Origin: Candidatus Woesebacteria bacterium
Lineage (GTDB): Bacteria; Patescibacteriota; Microgenomatia; UBA12405
Assembly: GCA_035402805.1 (NCBI GenBank)
Contig: DAONDY010000002.1
Coordinates: 49,801-113,800, forward strand
Direction: 5' to 3'
Length of the DNA: 64,000 nt
In this document: positions 1 to 7,858 of the stretch, in pieces
Layout of the letters: each line of letters begins with the position of its first letter
Position numbering within the stretch: position 1 is the stretch's first letter
The notes under the pieces: model-generated
Databases searched by the model: none
Told to the model about the DNA's origin: nothing
Seen by the model: only the letters and a program-made list of their open reading frames with translations
Translations under genes and position numbers: made by a program

Positions 1-551
1 GTGAGATTTTTAGTGACAATGGCTTTTTCATTGTAAGTGTATTCTTTTTTGGTGTTCGGATTCAAACCACCGGCAGTCATATTATCAAACTCTTCTTGAG
101 CATCAAGAATATCTTGACGGTCTTGCCACATTTGGATGTCAGCGGCAGTTTGATCGGCAATAGCTGATTTATAACCTTGTTGTAAATTTAAATAATTTGC
201 CCAAGCAGTGGTTTTATTGGTTTCACCATCATCATCTAAACTAATCTCGGCTATTTTTTGGCCTTTTTTAACAGAGTCCCCGTTTTTTACATAAACAGTT
301 TTGATAGTACCAGCGGCACCGGTAGTAATCGTGGTTTTATTTGATGAAGTAATAGTTCCGGTGGCAGAAATTGAGGTAATAAGGATACCTTTAGTAACTT
401 CAGTAGTTTTGTAGGTTACTTTTTTATTTGATGATTTTATTTTTAAAAAGGTGAAAAGAAAAATTACACCAATTAAAATGATTAAAATCATTATCTTCCA
501 TATTTTAGGCAGTGATAAAAATTTAGCTTTTATTTTTTTAATTAACTTCAT
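1..551 (-). CDS. Efflux RND/ABC periplasmic adaptor (HlyD/MFP family), partial, runs off window edge
   Basis: Manual translation from ATG at 551: MKLIKKIKAK...N-terminal TM helix, then ITSISATGTI...GTIKTVYVKNGDSVKKGQKIAEI (lipoyl-like motif of membrane fusion proteins). Confidence 0.8.
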   Translation of the reverse strand, partial: MKLIKKIKAKFLSLPKIWKIMILIILIGVIFLFTFLKIKSSNKKVTYKTTEVTKGILITSISATGTITSSNKTTITTGAAGTIKTVYVKNGDSVKKGQKIAEISLDDDGETNKTTAWANYLNLQQGYKSAIADQTAADIQMWQDRQDILDAQEEFDNMTAGGLNPNTKKEYTYNEKAIVTKNL

Positions 552-571
552 AGTGGCTGATTTTAAAAATC

Positions 572-591
572 AAAACTGAAAGAAAACTGAA
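572..591 (-). promoter_or_regulatory. Putative OmpR-family binding site (11-bp-period direct repeat) upstream of the adaptor gene
   Basis: AAAACTGAA at 572 and 583; minus-strand TAAAAT (-10) at 560-565; same arrangement at 2311-2343. Confidence 0.6.
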
Positions 592-592
592 T

Positions 593-1597
593 TTACAAAG
601 GAAGAATTATTTTAAAAACACTCCCCTGTTCAAGAACACTTTGAACACTGATTAAACCACGATGCTGTTCAACAATTCTTTGAGCAATAGAAAGACCAAG
701 ACCGTAACCTGATGTTTTATCTTTAGTACGAGCGTTATCGGCTCGATAAAAGCGGTCAAAAATACGGGGTAAATCTTTTTGAGAAATACCAATTCCATGA
801 TCAGTAATCTTAAAAATTACGTTTTTTCTAGTCTTAAAGGCAATAAATTTTATTTGGCTATTTTTAGGGCTGTATTTAAGAGCGTTGTCGAGAATAATTA
901 AAAATAATTCCTCTATTTTTTGACTATCAACATTAATGTGGCCACTAACTGTTTTGGTTTTGATAATAATTTTTTTATCGATAGCGGCGGTTGATATTTT
1001 TTTAATAGATTCGGTCATTAAGTTTTTGATGGAAACTGATTCGATTTTTAAAGGAGAGCCACTATTACTTAAGTGATTTAATTCTAAAAGAGAGTCGGAT
1101 AAAGTCTTAAGCTGATTAGTGGCGTGAATAGAATCAGTTAAAACTTTTTTGGATTCAGTTAAATCTAATTTTGGATCACGGAGAGAAACTTCCAACATAG
1201 TTTTTAAGGCGGTAATGGGAGTCTTTAACTCATGCGAAGCATCGCTGATAAACTGTTTTTGATCTTCGGTCATCTTTTGAATAGGAAAGAGAGTGCGGCC
1301 AGCCAAAAAATAGGATAACAACCCAGAAGTTAAAATAATAAAACCATTAATGATTAATAGATTAGTTAAAAGACGTTGTTTACTTTCGATGATTAGATCG
1401 TCATCTATAATGATCTTCGGCGGACGAGGATTATCGTTGATAATAAATTGTTTTTCAAAACGATTTCGCTGAGAATCGGCAAAGCGATTAATTTCTGAAC
1501 TAACCAACTGATAAATTAGGGCACTAAAAGAAAGACTAATAACCATGATTATTAACAGATACCAGGCAGTTAATTTTAATCTAGCTTGTTTAAACAT
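593..1597 (-). CDS. Two-component sensor histidine kinase
   Basis: Two TM helices, H-box [13 protein letters not shown]-box [14 protein letters not shown] and [10 protein letters not shown]-boxes. Confidence 0.95.
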   Translation of the reverse strand: MFKQARLKLTAWYLLIIMVISLSFSALIYQLVSSEINRFADSQRNRFEKQFIINDNPRPPKIIIDDDLIIESKQRLLTNLLIINGFIILTSGLLSYFLAGRTLFPIQKMTEDQKQFISDASHELKTPITALKTMLEVSLRDPKLDLTESKKVLTDSIHATNQLKTLSDSLLELNHLSNSGSPLKIESVSIKNLMTESIKKISTAAIDKKIIIKTKTVSGHINVDSQKIEELFLIILDNALKYSPKNSQIKFIAFKTRKNVIFKITDHGIGISQKDLPRIFDRFYRADNARTKDKTSGYGLGLSIAQRIVEQHRGLISVQSVLEQGSVFKIILPL

Positions 1598-1603
1598 AAT
1601 TTA

Positions 1604-1633
1604 GTTAAAAGTTTATAAAGTTGAAAGTTAAAA
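1604..1633 (+). repeat. Short AAGTT-type tandem repeat (family C)
   Basis: AAGTTTATAAAGTTGAAAG, also at 32362 and about 45048. Confidence 0.6.
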
Positions 1634-1634
1634 T

Positions 1635-2303
1635 TTAATCAGAAATTTTATATCCGAAACCACGAATGGTTTTGATTAATTTAACTTTATAATTTTTATC
1701 GATTTTTTGACGAAGATTTCTAATATAAACTTCAACAGTGTTTGGCAAAATATCTGATTCATAACTCCAAACATGTTGAATAAGTTGATCTTTGTTGAGA
1801 ATTTTATCGGAATGACGCATCAAACATTCTAAAAGAGAATATTCCTTGCTAGATAAAAGAATTTTTTTATTTTGACGAATGACTTCGTAATTGGATAAAT
1901 TTAAAGAGAGATCGCCAACTGTTAAAATTTCACCATCAGTTTTTTGAGGACGACGGGAAAGAGCCCTAATTCTGGCTAAAAGTTCTTCAAAAGCGAAAGG
2001 TTTGGTTAAATAATCATCAGCACCAGAGTTAAAACCTTCGACTTTATCATCAAGTTGAGACTTGGCGGTGAGCATTAAAATGGGAATATGAATTTTTTCT
2101 TGACGGAGATTTTTACAGATTTCTAAGCCATTCATTTGAGGTAACATGAGATCGAGAATGATTAAATCATAATCGCCACTAGCAGCAAAATCATAACCTT
2201 CGAGACCATCAAAAGCGAGATCAACAATGTAATGTTCCTGTTCTAGACCTTTTTTTAGAGCATTGGCAATGAGATGTTCATCTTCGACAACTAAAATTTT
2301 CAT
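1635..2303 (-). CDS. OmpR/PhoB-family response regulator
   Basis: MKILVVEDE, LIILDLMLP, GADDYLTKPF, C-terminal wHTH with TIRGFGY. Confidence 0.95.
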   Translation of the reverse strand: MKILVVEDEHLIANALKKGLEQEHYIVDLAFDGLEGYDFAASGDYDLIILDLMLPQMNGLEICKNLRQEKIHIPILMLTAKSQLDDKVEGFNSGADDYLTKPFAFEELLARIRALSRRPQKTDGEILTVGDLSLNLSNYEVIRQNKKILLSSKEYSLLECLMRHSDKILNKDQLIQHVWSYESDILPNTVEVYIRNLRQKIDKNYKVKLIKTIRGFGYKISD

Positions 2304-2322
2304 AATAAGTATTATATATCCG

Positions 2323-2343
2323 AAGCTGAAAATAAACTGAAAT
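2323..2343 (-). promoter_or_regulatory. Putative autoregulatory OmpR-family binding site
   Basis: AAGCTGAAA at 2323 and AAACTGAAA at 2334 (11-bp period), next to minus-strand TATAAT at 2311-2316. Confidence 0.6.
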
Positions 2344-2368
2344 TTTTAAAATGATAAAATTAATTAAT

Positions 2369-2932
2369 ATGACAAATAAAACACAAGAAAACCTTTTAAA
2401 AGCATTCGCTGGTGAAAGCCAAGCTAGAAATAAATATCGAATTTTTGCCAAAATGGCGAGAAAAGAAAATTTAGAATGGATTGCCAGAGTGTTTGAAGAA
2501 ACGGCTGATCAGGAAGCGGCTCACGCTGAAGAAGAATTTGAAATGATAAAGGAAAAAACCACTACCAGTGATAATTTAGGAATTGAACCATACAGCACAA
2601 AAACAGTGGAAAATTTAAAAATGGCGGCGGCTGGTGAACATCATGAATGGACTGAAATGTATCCTTCTTTTGAAGAACAGGCAAAAATTGACGGTGACGC
2701 GGAAGCAGAAAGATTATTCAGAGAGGTAAAAGATGTGGAGAAAAAACACGAGGAAAGATATATTATTATCGCAACTCATTTAGATAACAACACTCTTTAT
2801 AATAGAGAGACTGAATTGGAATGGAAATGTGTAAATTGCGGTTACATTCATAAAGGAAAAACTCCCCCAACAACTTGTCCGGTCTGTAAAAAACCTTTGA
2901 CTTGGTACATGCCATTGGGATTAGTGAGATGA
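2369..2932 (+). CDS. rbr: Rubrerythrin
   Basis: NLLKAFAGESQARNKY, ExxH diiron motifs, C-terminal CxxC...CPVC rubredoxin-like domain; ATG 2369 preferred as start. Confidence 0.9.
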   Translation: MTNKTQENLLKAFAGESQARNKYRIFAKMARKENLEWIARVFEETADQEAAHAEEEFEMIKEKTTTSDNLGIEPYSTKTVENLKMAAAGEHHEWTEMYPSFEEQAKIDGDAEAERLFREVKDVEKKHEERYIIIATHLDNNTLYNRETELEWKCVNCGYIHKGKTPPTTCPVCKKPLTWYMPLGLVR

Positions 2933-3354
2933 AAAAAGAGAAAATCGTTTTAGTTGGAGGTTGTTTTGATATTTTGCATTTGGGACATGTAATTTTTTTA
3001 GAAAAAGCTAAGGCCTTAGGTGATAAATTAATAATTTTATTAGAGTCTGATAAGAATATTTTTGAAAATAAGGGAAAAAATAGACCGATTAATAATCAAA
3101 AAAATAGAGCCACATTTTTGTCTAAATTAAGGATGGTGGATGAAGTTGTTAAATTACCCTACATGAAAAGTGATGATGATTATTGGAAATTAATTAAAGA
3201 AATAAAACCAGACATAATTGCGATCAGTGAAAACGATAAAAATTTGGATAAAAAGAAAAGACAGGCCGAAGAAATTGGGGCTAAATTAGTGAAAGTTACT
3301 AAAATAATTCCCCATCAATCGACAAGCCGAATTATTGAAATAATTAAGATATAA
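2929..3354 (+). CDS. Cytidylyltransferase-family protein (FAD synthase/RfaE-II/TagD-like)
   Basis: VGGCFDILHLGH (HxGH), KGKNRPIN, STSRII; start probably ATG 2929 overlapping the rbr stop. Confidence 0.85.
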   Translation: MKKEKIVLVGGCFDILHLGHVIFLEKAKALGDKLIILLESDKNIFENKGKNRPINNQKNRATFLSKLRMVDEVVKLPYMKSDDDYWKLIKEIKPDIIAISENDKNLDKKKRQAEEIGAKLVKVTKIIPHQSTSRIIEIIKI

Positions 3355-3364
3355 TCGATTACTT

Positions 3365-3886
3365 ATGAAAAACGGGAGAACCGAAATTAATGATGGTTTG
3401 TATTACGATGAGAGATCGGCTGGCGGACTGGTTTATAAAAAAGAAAATAATAAGATATTATGGCTTTTAATAAAAACTATTTCTAACTTTACCAGTGAAA
3501 AAAATAAAAAAAGAGAAAATGATGGAGCGGTTTATAAATTTCCAAAGGGTCATTTAAAAAAGGATGAGTTTTTGAAAGAGGCAGCGTTAAGAGAAGTTGA
3601 AGAAGAAGGCCGGGTCAAGGCAAAAATTGTCACCAAATTGGGATCGAATGATTATTTGATTTGGGATAAAGAACAAAAAAAGAAAATTATTAAGAAAGTG
3701 ACCTTTTTTTTAATGGAATATACTGAACAAAGTAATTTAAAATATTACGATACTGAAATGGTGTTAGAGAGAGAATGGTTTGAATTTGACGAAGCAAGTG
3801 AAAAACTAGCCTATGATAGCGAAAAAGTTTTACTTAAAAAGGCAAAGATTGAATTAGATAAAATATTAAAACCCCTCTGTCGATAA
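3365..3886 (+). CDS. NUDIX hydrolase
   Basis: FPKGHL...EAALREVEEEG Nudix box; last codons and stop supplied by repeat family A. Confidence 0.9.
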   Translation: MKNGRTEINDGLYYDERSAGGLVYKKENNKILWLLIKTISNFTSEKNKKRENDGAVYKFPKGHLKKDEFLKEAALREVEEEGRVKAKIVTKLGSNDYLIWDKEQKKKIIKKVTFFLMEYTEQSNLKYYDTEMVLEREWFEFDEASEKLAYDSEKVLLKKAKIELDKILKPLCR

Positions 3887-3916
3887 ATCGACAGCTCCCC
3901 TTGATGAAAGGGAGCC
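3871..3916 (+). repeat. Double-hairpin dispersed repeat family A, copy 1
   Basis: CCCCTC-TGTCGAT-AA-ATCGACA-GCTCCCCTTGATGAAAGGGAGC. Confidence 0.85.
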
Positions 3917-3941
3917 ATATTTTTGATAAAATAGCCAAACT

Positions 3942-4014
3942 GGAGGAGTTGCCTAGTGTCCCAAAGGGACCCCTTCGGGGTTCCAAAGGGACCCCTTCGG
4001 GGGTTTATGGCGCA
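3942..4014 (+). pseudogene. 5' fragment of tRNA-Ser interrupted by a 2x22-bp hairpin repeat
   Basis: Removing 3959-4002 gives GGAGGAGTTGCCTAGTGGTTTATGGCGCA, 25/29 identical to the tRNA 5' end at 4275. Confidence 0.8.
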
Positions 4015-4025
4015 TAATTAATAAT

Positions 4026-4289
4026 ATGTATTACGTTTACGTATTATTAAATTGGAATAAAAAACATTGGTATATAGGATCGACACAAAATTTTGAGTCG
4101 AGACTTAAACATCATAACGATGGTTATACCTTTTCCACTAAGCCGTATAGGCCGTGGAAAATTGTACATTTAGAAAAATTTGATTCTAGAAAAGAGGCTT
4201 TTAAACGAGAAATGTTTTTAAAGTCTCCTTCTGGATATAAAGAATACTTATCTATTAAAGATAAAATATTAAATGGAGGAGTCGCCTAG
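4026..4289 (+). CDS. Small GIY-YIG nuclease
   Basis: YYVYVL...WYIGST...RLKHHN...T...RPW...EAFKRE...LKS; last codons GGVA* overlap the tRNA 5' end. Confidence 0.9.
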   Translation: MYYVYVLLNWNKKHWYIGSTQNFESRLKHHNDGYTFSTKPYRPWKIVHLEKFDSRKEAFKREMFLKSPSGYKEYLSIKDKILNGGVA

Positions 4290-4361
4290 TGGTTCAGGGC
4301 ACAGACCTGGAAAGTCTGCGTTGTAAAAGACTCGTGGGTCCGAATCCCACCTCCTCCGCCA
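4275..4361 (+). tRNA. tRNA-Ser (GGA), encoded CCA
   Basis: Acceptor GGAGGAG/CTCCTCC, anticodon arm CAGAC-CTGGAAA-GTCTG, long variable arm, T arm GTGGG-TCCGAAT-CCCAC, discriminator G + CCA. Confidence 0.92.
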
Positions 4362-4369
4362 GAATGTTT

Positions 4370-4831
4370 TTATTTATCCATCCTGCCAACGTATTCTCCT
4401 TCTCTAGGAAAACCAGCTTTGTAATCTTCCAGTAGTTTTTTTGATAAAGCATGGGGAAATAAATTGTCGGGCAAATTATTGATGTCTAACCAAGTACACC
4501 AAACATCTCCGTCTGGATGTTGTGGATCGAGCCAATGTTCTAATTCTTCAAATTTATCAATATCACCAAGAATAAATAATTCGACACTGTGTTCATTTTC
4601 TTTTTCTGGAAATAAAAAGTCACGAATGTAAAGAATTTTTTTAAATTCAAATTTAGCTCCATTACATTCTTCGACTGTTTCTCTAATGCATCCTTCTAAA
4701 ATAGTTTCACCATATTCCAAATGTCCACCAAAATAATGATAATAATCATGTTTTTGACGATATTGGACTAATACTTTTTCATTTTTAATTACTACCAACC
4801 TCAATCGAACATTTATTTTATGATTTTCCAT
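4370..4831 (-). CDS. NUDIX hydrolase (cassette 1)
   Basis: FGGHLEYGETILEGCIRETVEE Nudix box. Confidence 0.9.
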   Translation of the reverse strand: MENHKINVRLRLVVIKNEKVLVQYRQKHDYYHYFGGHLEYGETILEGCIRETVEECNGAKFEFKKILYIRDFLFPEKENEHSVELFILGDIDKFEELEHWLDPQHPDGDVWCTWLDINNLPDNLFPHALSKKLLEDYKAGFPREGEYVGRMDK

Positions 4832-4845
4832 AGACTTATTATATA

Positions 4846-4888
4846 TGAGTTATAAGGACAGAAAGTTTCCAGACTCAACTGCTCCACA
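4846..4888 (+). repeat. tRNA-3'-end-containing cassette boundary repeat R1
   Basis: TGAGTTATAAGGACAGAAAGTTTCCAGACTCAACTGCTCCACA. Confidence 0.8.
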
Positions 4889-4952
4889 CTTCGTGTAATG
4901 TTTGAGTAGTTTAACTAAAATTTAAAAAAATAGTTAATTTATTTATCTTTAC

Positions 4953-5174
4953 TTAAAAATCAAATCGTTCATAAGGACTCTCACATTTATTACGATCTAA
5001 TTCGATTAATGATTTAGCTGTTTTTGATGAAGTAACATCAATAATTGTTCCACCAACAGTTTCAATATCGTTAACCATTTTTTCTATATTAATTTCAGAT
5101 CCTATAGCATTCCATAGAAGCTGACCATCTTTAGACCTAAAGACAATAGCTTTTTCAAATTCACAATTATTCAT
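4953..5174 (-). CDS. Small hypothetical protein (cassette 2)
   Basis: 73-aa ORF with an upstream TATAAT-like box; no recognisable motif. Confidence 0.55.
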   Translation of the reverse strand: MNNCEFEKAIVFRSKDGQLLWNAIGSEINIEKMVNDIETVGGTIIDVTSSKTAKSLIELDRNKCESPYERFDF

Positions 5175-5282
5175 ATAATTTTATTATATCAAAATACATC
5201 ACTAATTTAAGACACTCCTTTTTTATAGTGTCTCATTTGTCTTATTTAGCTACAAAAGGCTGATAGAATGAGACATAGGAGT

Positions 5283-5333
5283 ATGGGTGTTATAAGGATA
5301 GAAAGGTTCCAGACCCATATGCTCCGCCAGAAT
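5283..5333 (+). repeat. Cassette boundary repeat R2
   Basis: ATGGGTGTTATAAGGATAGAAAGGTTCCAGACCCATATGCTCCGCCAGAAT. Confidence 0.85.
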
Positions 5334-5474
5334 TTGAATATTCCCTGTTTTTCCTTATAACTTAGGAGGTGAGATTCGAATTATTTTCATAATTTTATAC
5401 GTATTAAGTTCTAAAAAGTTCTAATCTCACTCCCTAACAGTGATGAGACTATATCGGAATGATAGAATTTAGCT

Positions 5475-6092
5475 ATGAAAATAATTCTTTTCCGTCATGG
5501 AGAAAAACAAAAAGTTGATTCTATAAACATAGATGATAAAAGAGCAGTAAATTTAACAGATTTTGGAATTATTCAAATAAATAAATTGGGAAAAATATTA
5601 TTAGAAAGATTTCCTATGTTAAATTTATCAAAGGTAATTTATTCAAGCCCTTATACCCGAGCAATTCAAAGTAGTGAGATTATTAAATCAATTTTAAATA
5701 TTAAAAATATTGTTATGGTTCCAGAATTTGGTGAATTTTATGCTTCTAATAATTACCAAAAACCCAAGGAGATTAGACAACAAATTCAAGAGATGGCAAT
5801 GCAAAATCCTGGTTGGATTTCACCAGAAACAAATTCTTCTTTAAATGATGAAATCTTAAAATTTAAAAATAAAATAAAAGAAATTTGTCTAAAAAATCAA
5901 GATGATTTGATTTTGATTTCAACTCATGGAGGAATTATTAGAAATACAGTTTATAGTCTTGAACCAAGATTAAGACCAGACAATAATGTAATTTTAGATT
6001 CAAAAATACATGAAGCTGGTTACACCGTCTTAGATTTTGATGGAAAAGATTTTAAAGTTAAAAAGTTTGATGTACATGATTATTTGGATTAG
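5475..6092 (+). CDS. Histidine phosphatase family protein (cassette 3)
   Basis: LFRHGE, YSSPYTRAIQS, STHGG motifs. Confidence 0.9.
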   Translation: MKIILFRHGEKQKVDSINIDDKRAVNLTDFGIIQINKLGKILLERFPMLNLSKVIYSSPYTRAIQSSEIIKSILNIKNIVMVPEFGEFYASNNYQKPKEIRQQIQEMAMQNPGWISPETNSSLNDEILKFKNKIKEICLKNQDDLILISTHGGIIRNTVYSLEPRLRPDNNVILDSKIHEAGYTVLDFDGKDFKVKKFDVHDYLD

Positions 6093-6141
6093 GGTTATAG
6101 GGATAGAAAGGTTCTAGACTCACCTACTCCGCCAGAATGTT
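6092..6141 (+). repeat. Cassette boundary repeat R3
   Basis: GGGTTATAGGGATAGAAAGGTTCTAGACTCACCTACTCCGCCAGAATGTT; last 23 nt are 21/23 identical to 4346-4368. Confidence 0.9.
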
Positions 6142-6149
6142 ATTCTAAT

Positions 6150-6809
6150 CTATTGTTCCAATTTATTTATGGTTCTTTGAATGTTATCTCTAGCTGCCTG
6201 CTCATATCTATTTTTAAAAAAATCAGTGGTGTAAATTGGGTGTTTTAAAATTGTTTTGAAAAATTTAGTTCTACCTTTTTGATAATCGGCTTTTGAATAA
6301 AGAGTTGAATATTCTTTGTAGATTTGTTTTTCATATATATCAAAAATATCTGGTTGTTTTCCTAATATGGACATATCAATGTCAGCTAAATATTGTGAGT
6401 CTGAATTATTAATTAGTGAAGTATGTTTAGTGAACAAAATATGATCTTCTACTTGTTTGGTAAAATCGGGAGATAAATTATTTTTTTGACAAAAAGTTTT
6501 AGCCAATTCCGCGCTTTGTTCTTCATTATCACTCTCATAAAGATTATAAACAATATCGTGATACCAGATAGCTAATTCAACTGCTTCTGGATTGTTAAGT
6601 TTATCCTTAATAAGCTCAAATTCTCCAAGAGAATTGTCTATATGTTTTAAATTATGGTAATGTCGATGGCTTTCTGAATAGTTTTTAACTATTTCATTAA
6701 AAGAATTTTGATCTTTATTAATATTTAATCTTTGACACAAATCATTCCAATGTTTATTTAATTTTTCGACTAATGGTTCTGGCTCTAAATTTTGACCAAT
6801 CTCCTTCAT
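6150..6809 (-). CDS. HD-superfamily metal-dependent phosphohydrolase (cassette 4)
   Basis: YSESHRHYHNLKHI, AIWYHDIVY, DNEEQSA, DIDMSILG. Confidence 0.85.
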   Translation of the reverse strand: MKEIGQNLEPEPLVEKLNKHWNDLCQRLNINKDQNSFNEIVKNYSESHRHYHNLKHIDNSLGEFELIKDKLNNPEAVELAIWYHDIVYNLYESDNEEQSAELAKTFCQKNNLSPDFTKQVEDHILFTKHTSLINNSDSQYLADIDMSILGKQPDIFDIYEKQIYKEYSTLYSKADYQKGRTKFFKTILKHPIYTTDFFKNRYEQAARDNIQRTINKLEQ

Positions 6810-6830
6810 TAATGCTTAATTTTATCATTT

Positions 6831-6873
6831 TGAGTTATAGAGACATTAAGTTCCAGACTCACCTGTTTCGCAC
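6831..6873 (+). repeat. Cassette boundary repeat R4
   Basis: TGAGTTATAGAGACATTAAGTTCCAGACTCACCTGTTTCGCAC. Confidence 0.75.
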
Positions 6874-6922
6874 TTGATAAAATGTGTCCGAGTAATTTTT
6901 AATTTTATTGATAAAATAGACG

Positions 6923-7831
6923 ATGATGAGAGAGATCATCAGGAATCACGGGCAACAATCAAGTTTAATTCCTTCGATTCGAAATGAGTATTCAACCCTA
7001 ACTAAGGTTTTAGTAGTAAGTCCACCAGAAAAATTTACCAGGTTTAATAATCAAATCATTAACCCTATTAGTGATATAAATTCAAAAGGTAAACCTGAAA
7101 TCACGGAACACCCTGAACAAAAAGAAGAATTTGATGGATTATTAAATGCTCTTCAACAACAAGGCATCGAACTACATTTTTCCAATGTTAGACCAAGTAG
7201 ACCAGGCCATACTCCACTTTTTACCCGTGATATCGGGATTATTATTAGTAATCAAGTTTTACCTTCAAGAATGGCTAATACCTACCGAGAAAATGAAGTA
7301 GAAGGTGTTTTCCAAAATATTTCGTTACCTCAAATAATTAGAGACAATCGAGATTATAAAATTGAAGGCGGTGATTTTGCTTTATTAGAGCCAAATTTGG
7401 CTTTAGTCGGGATTGGACCTCGAACTAATGAATTAGGATTAAGAGTTTTACAAGAATATTTCCCAAAAATAGAATTTATTCCGGTTTATCCGGTTTTGAA
7501 TGAAAAAGCTTTTCATATTGATACCGTTATGGGAATTGTTGGAAATAAAATATTGCTGGGAATTTCTGACTTGATTCAGAAAAATGTTTCTGACTTACTT
7601 AAAAGTAGAGGCTATCAGATAATTGAGGCTGATAAAGATGAATATTTTACTTGTGCCACTAATGTTTTAGCGATTGATGATCGAAAAGTTATAGCGGCGG
7701 CAGAGAATCCAAAAACCAATGAAAAATTAAGAAAGGTTGGGGTGGAGGTAATAGAAGTTAAATTATCTGGAATTTTGAAAAGAGGTGGTGGCCCTCATTG
7801 TCTTACATTACCATTAGAGAGGGCGTCGTAA
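6923..7831 (+). CDS. Amidinotransferase / arginine deiminase / DDAH-family protein (cassette 5)
   Basis: FTRD, EGGD, HIDT, GGGPHCLT catalytic motifs. Confidence 0.88.
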   Translation: MMREIIRNHGQQSSLIPSIRNEYSTLTKVLVVSPPEKFTRFNNQIINPISDINSKGKPEITEHPEQKEEFDGLLNALQQQGIELHFSNVRPSRPGHTPLFTRDIGIIISNQVLPSRMANTYRENEVEGVFQNISLPQIIRDNRDYKIEGGDFALLEPNLALVGIGPRTNELGLRVLQEYFPKIEFIPVYPVLNEKAFHIDTVMGIVGNKILLGISDLIQKNVSDLLKSRGYQIIEADKDEYFTCATNVLAIDDRKVIAAAENPKTNEKLRKVGVEVIEVKLSGILKRGGGPHCLTLPLERAS

Positions 7832-7836
7832 GAATA

Positions 7837-7854
7837 TTCAGACTCACCTACCCT
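7837..7854 (+). repeat. Degenerate cassette boundary repeat R5
   Basis: TTCAGACTCACCTACCCT matches the core of R3/R4. Confidence 0.55.
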
Positions 7855-7858
7855 GTAA

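Noticed and set aside
4007-4034. dif-like site (GCGCATAA-N6-ATATGTA)
   Set aside because: The left arm is explained by the tRNA fragment, the XerD arm matches poorly, and the site is close to dnaA.
3942-4361. Group I intron in tRNA-Ser encoding the GIY-YIG
   Set aside because: The downstream tRNA is already complete, the 5' part is duplicated rather than split, and there is no room for a ribozyme core.
4846-7854. CRISPR array interpretation of the repeats
   Set aside because: Spacers are 400-1000 bp and contain whole genes, the repeats are degenerate, and no cas genes are present.
4846-7854. Classical integron (attC) interpretation
   Set aside because: No intI in the window, no clear RYYYAAC...GTTRRRY paired boxes, genes lie in both orientations, and the repeats carry tRNA sequence.
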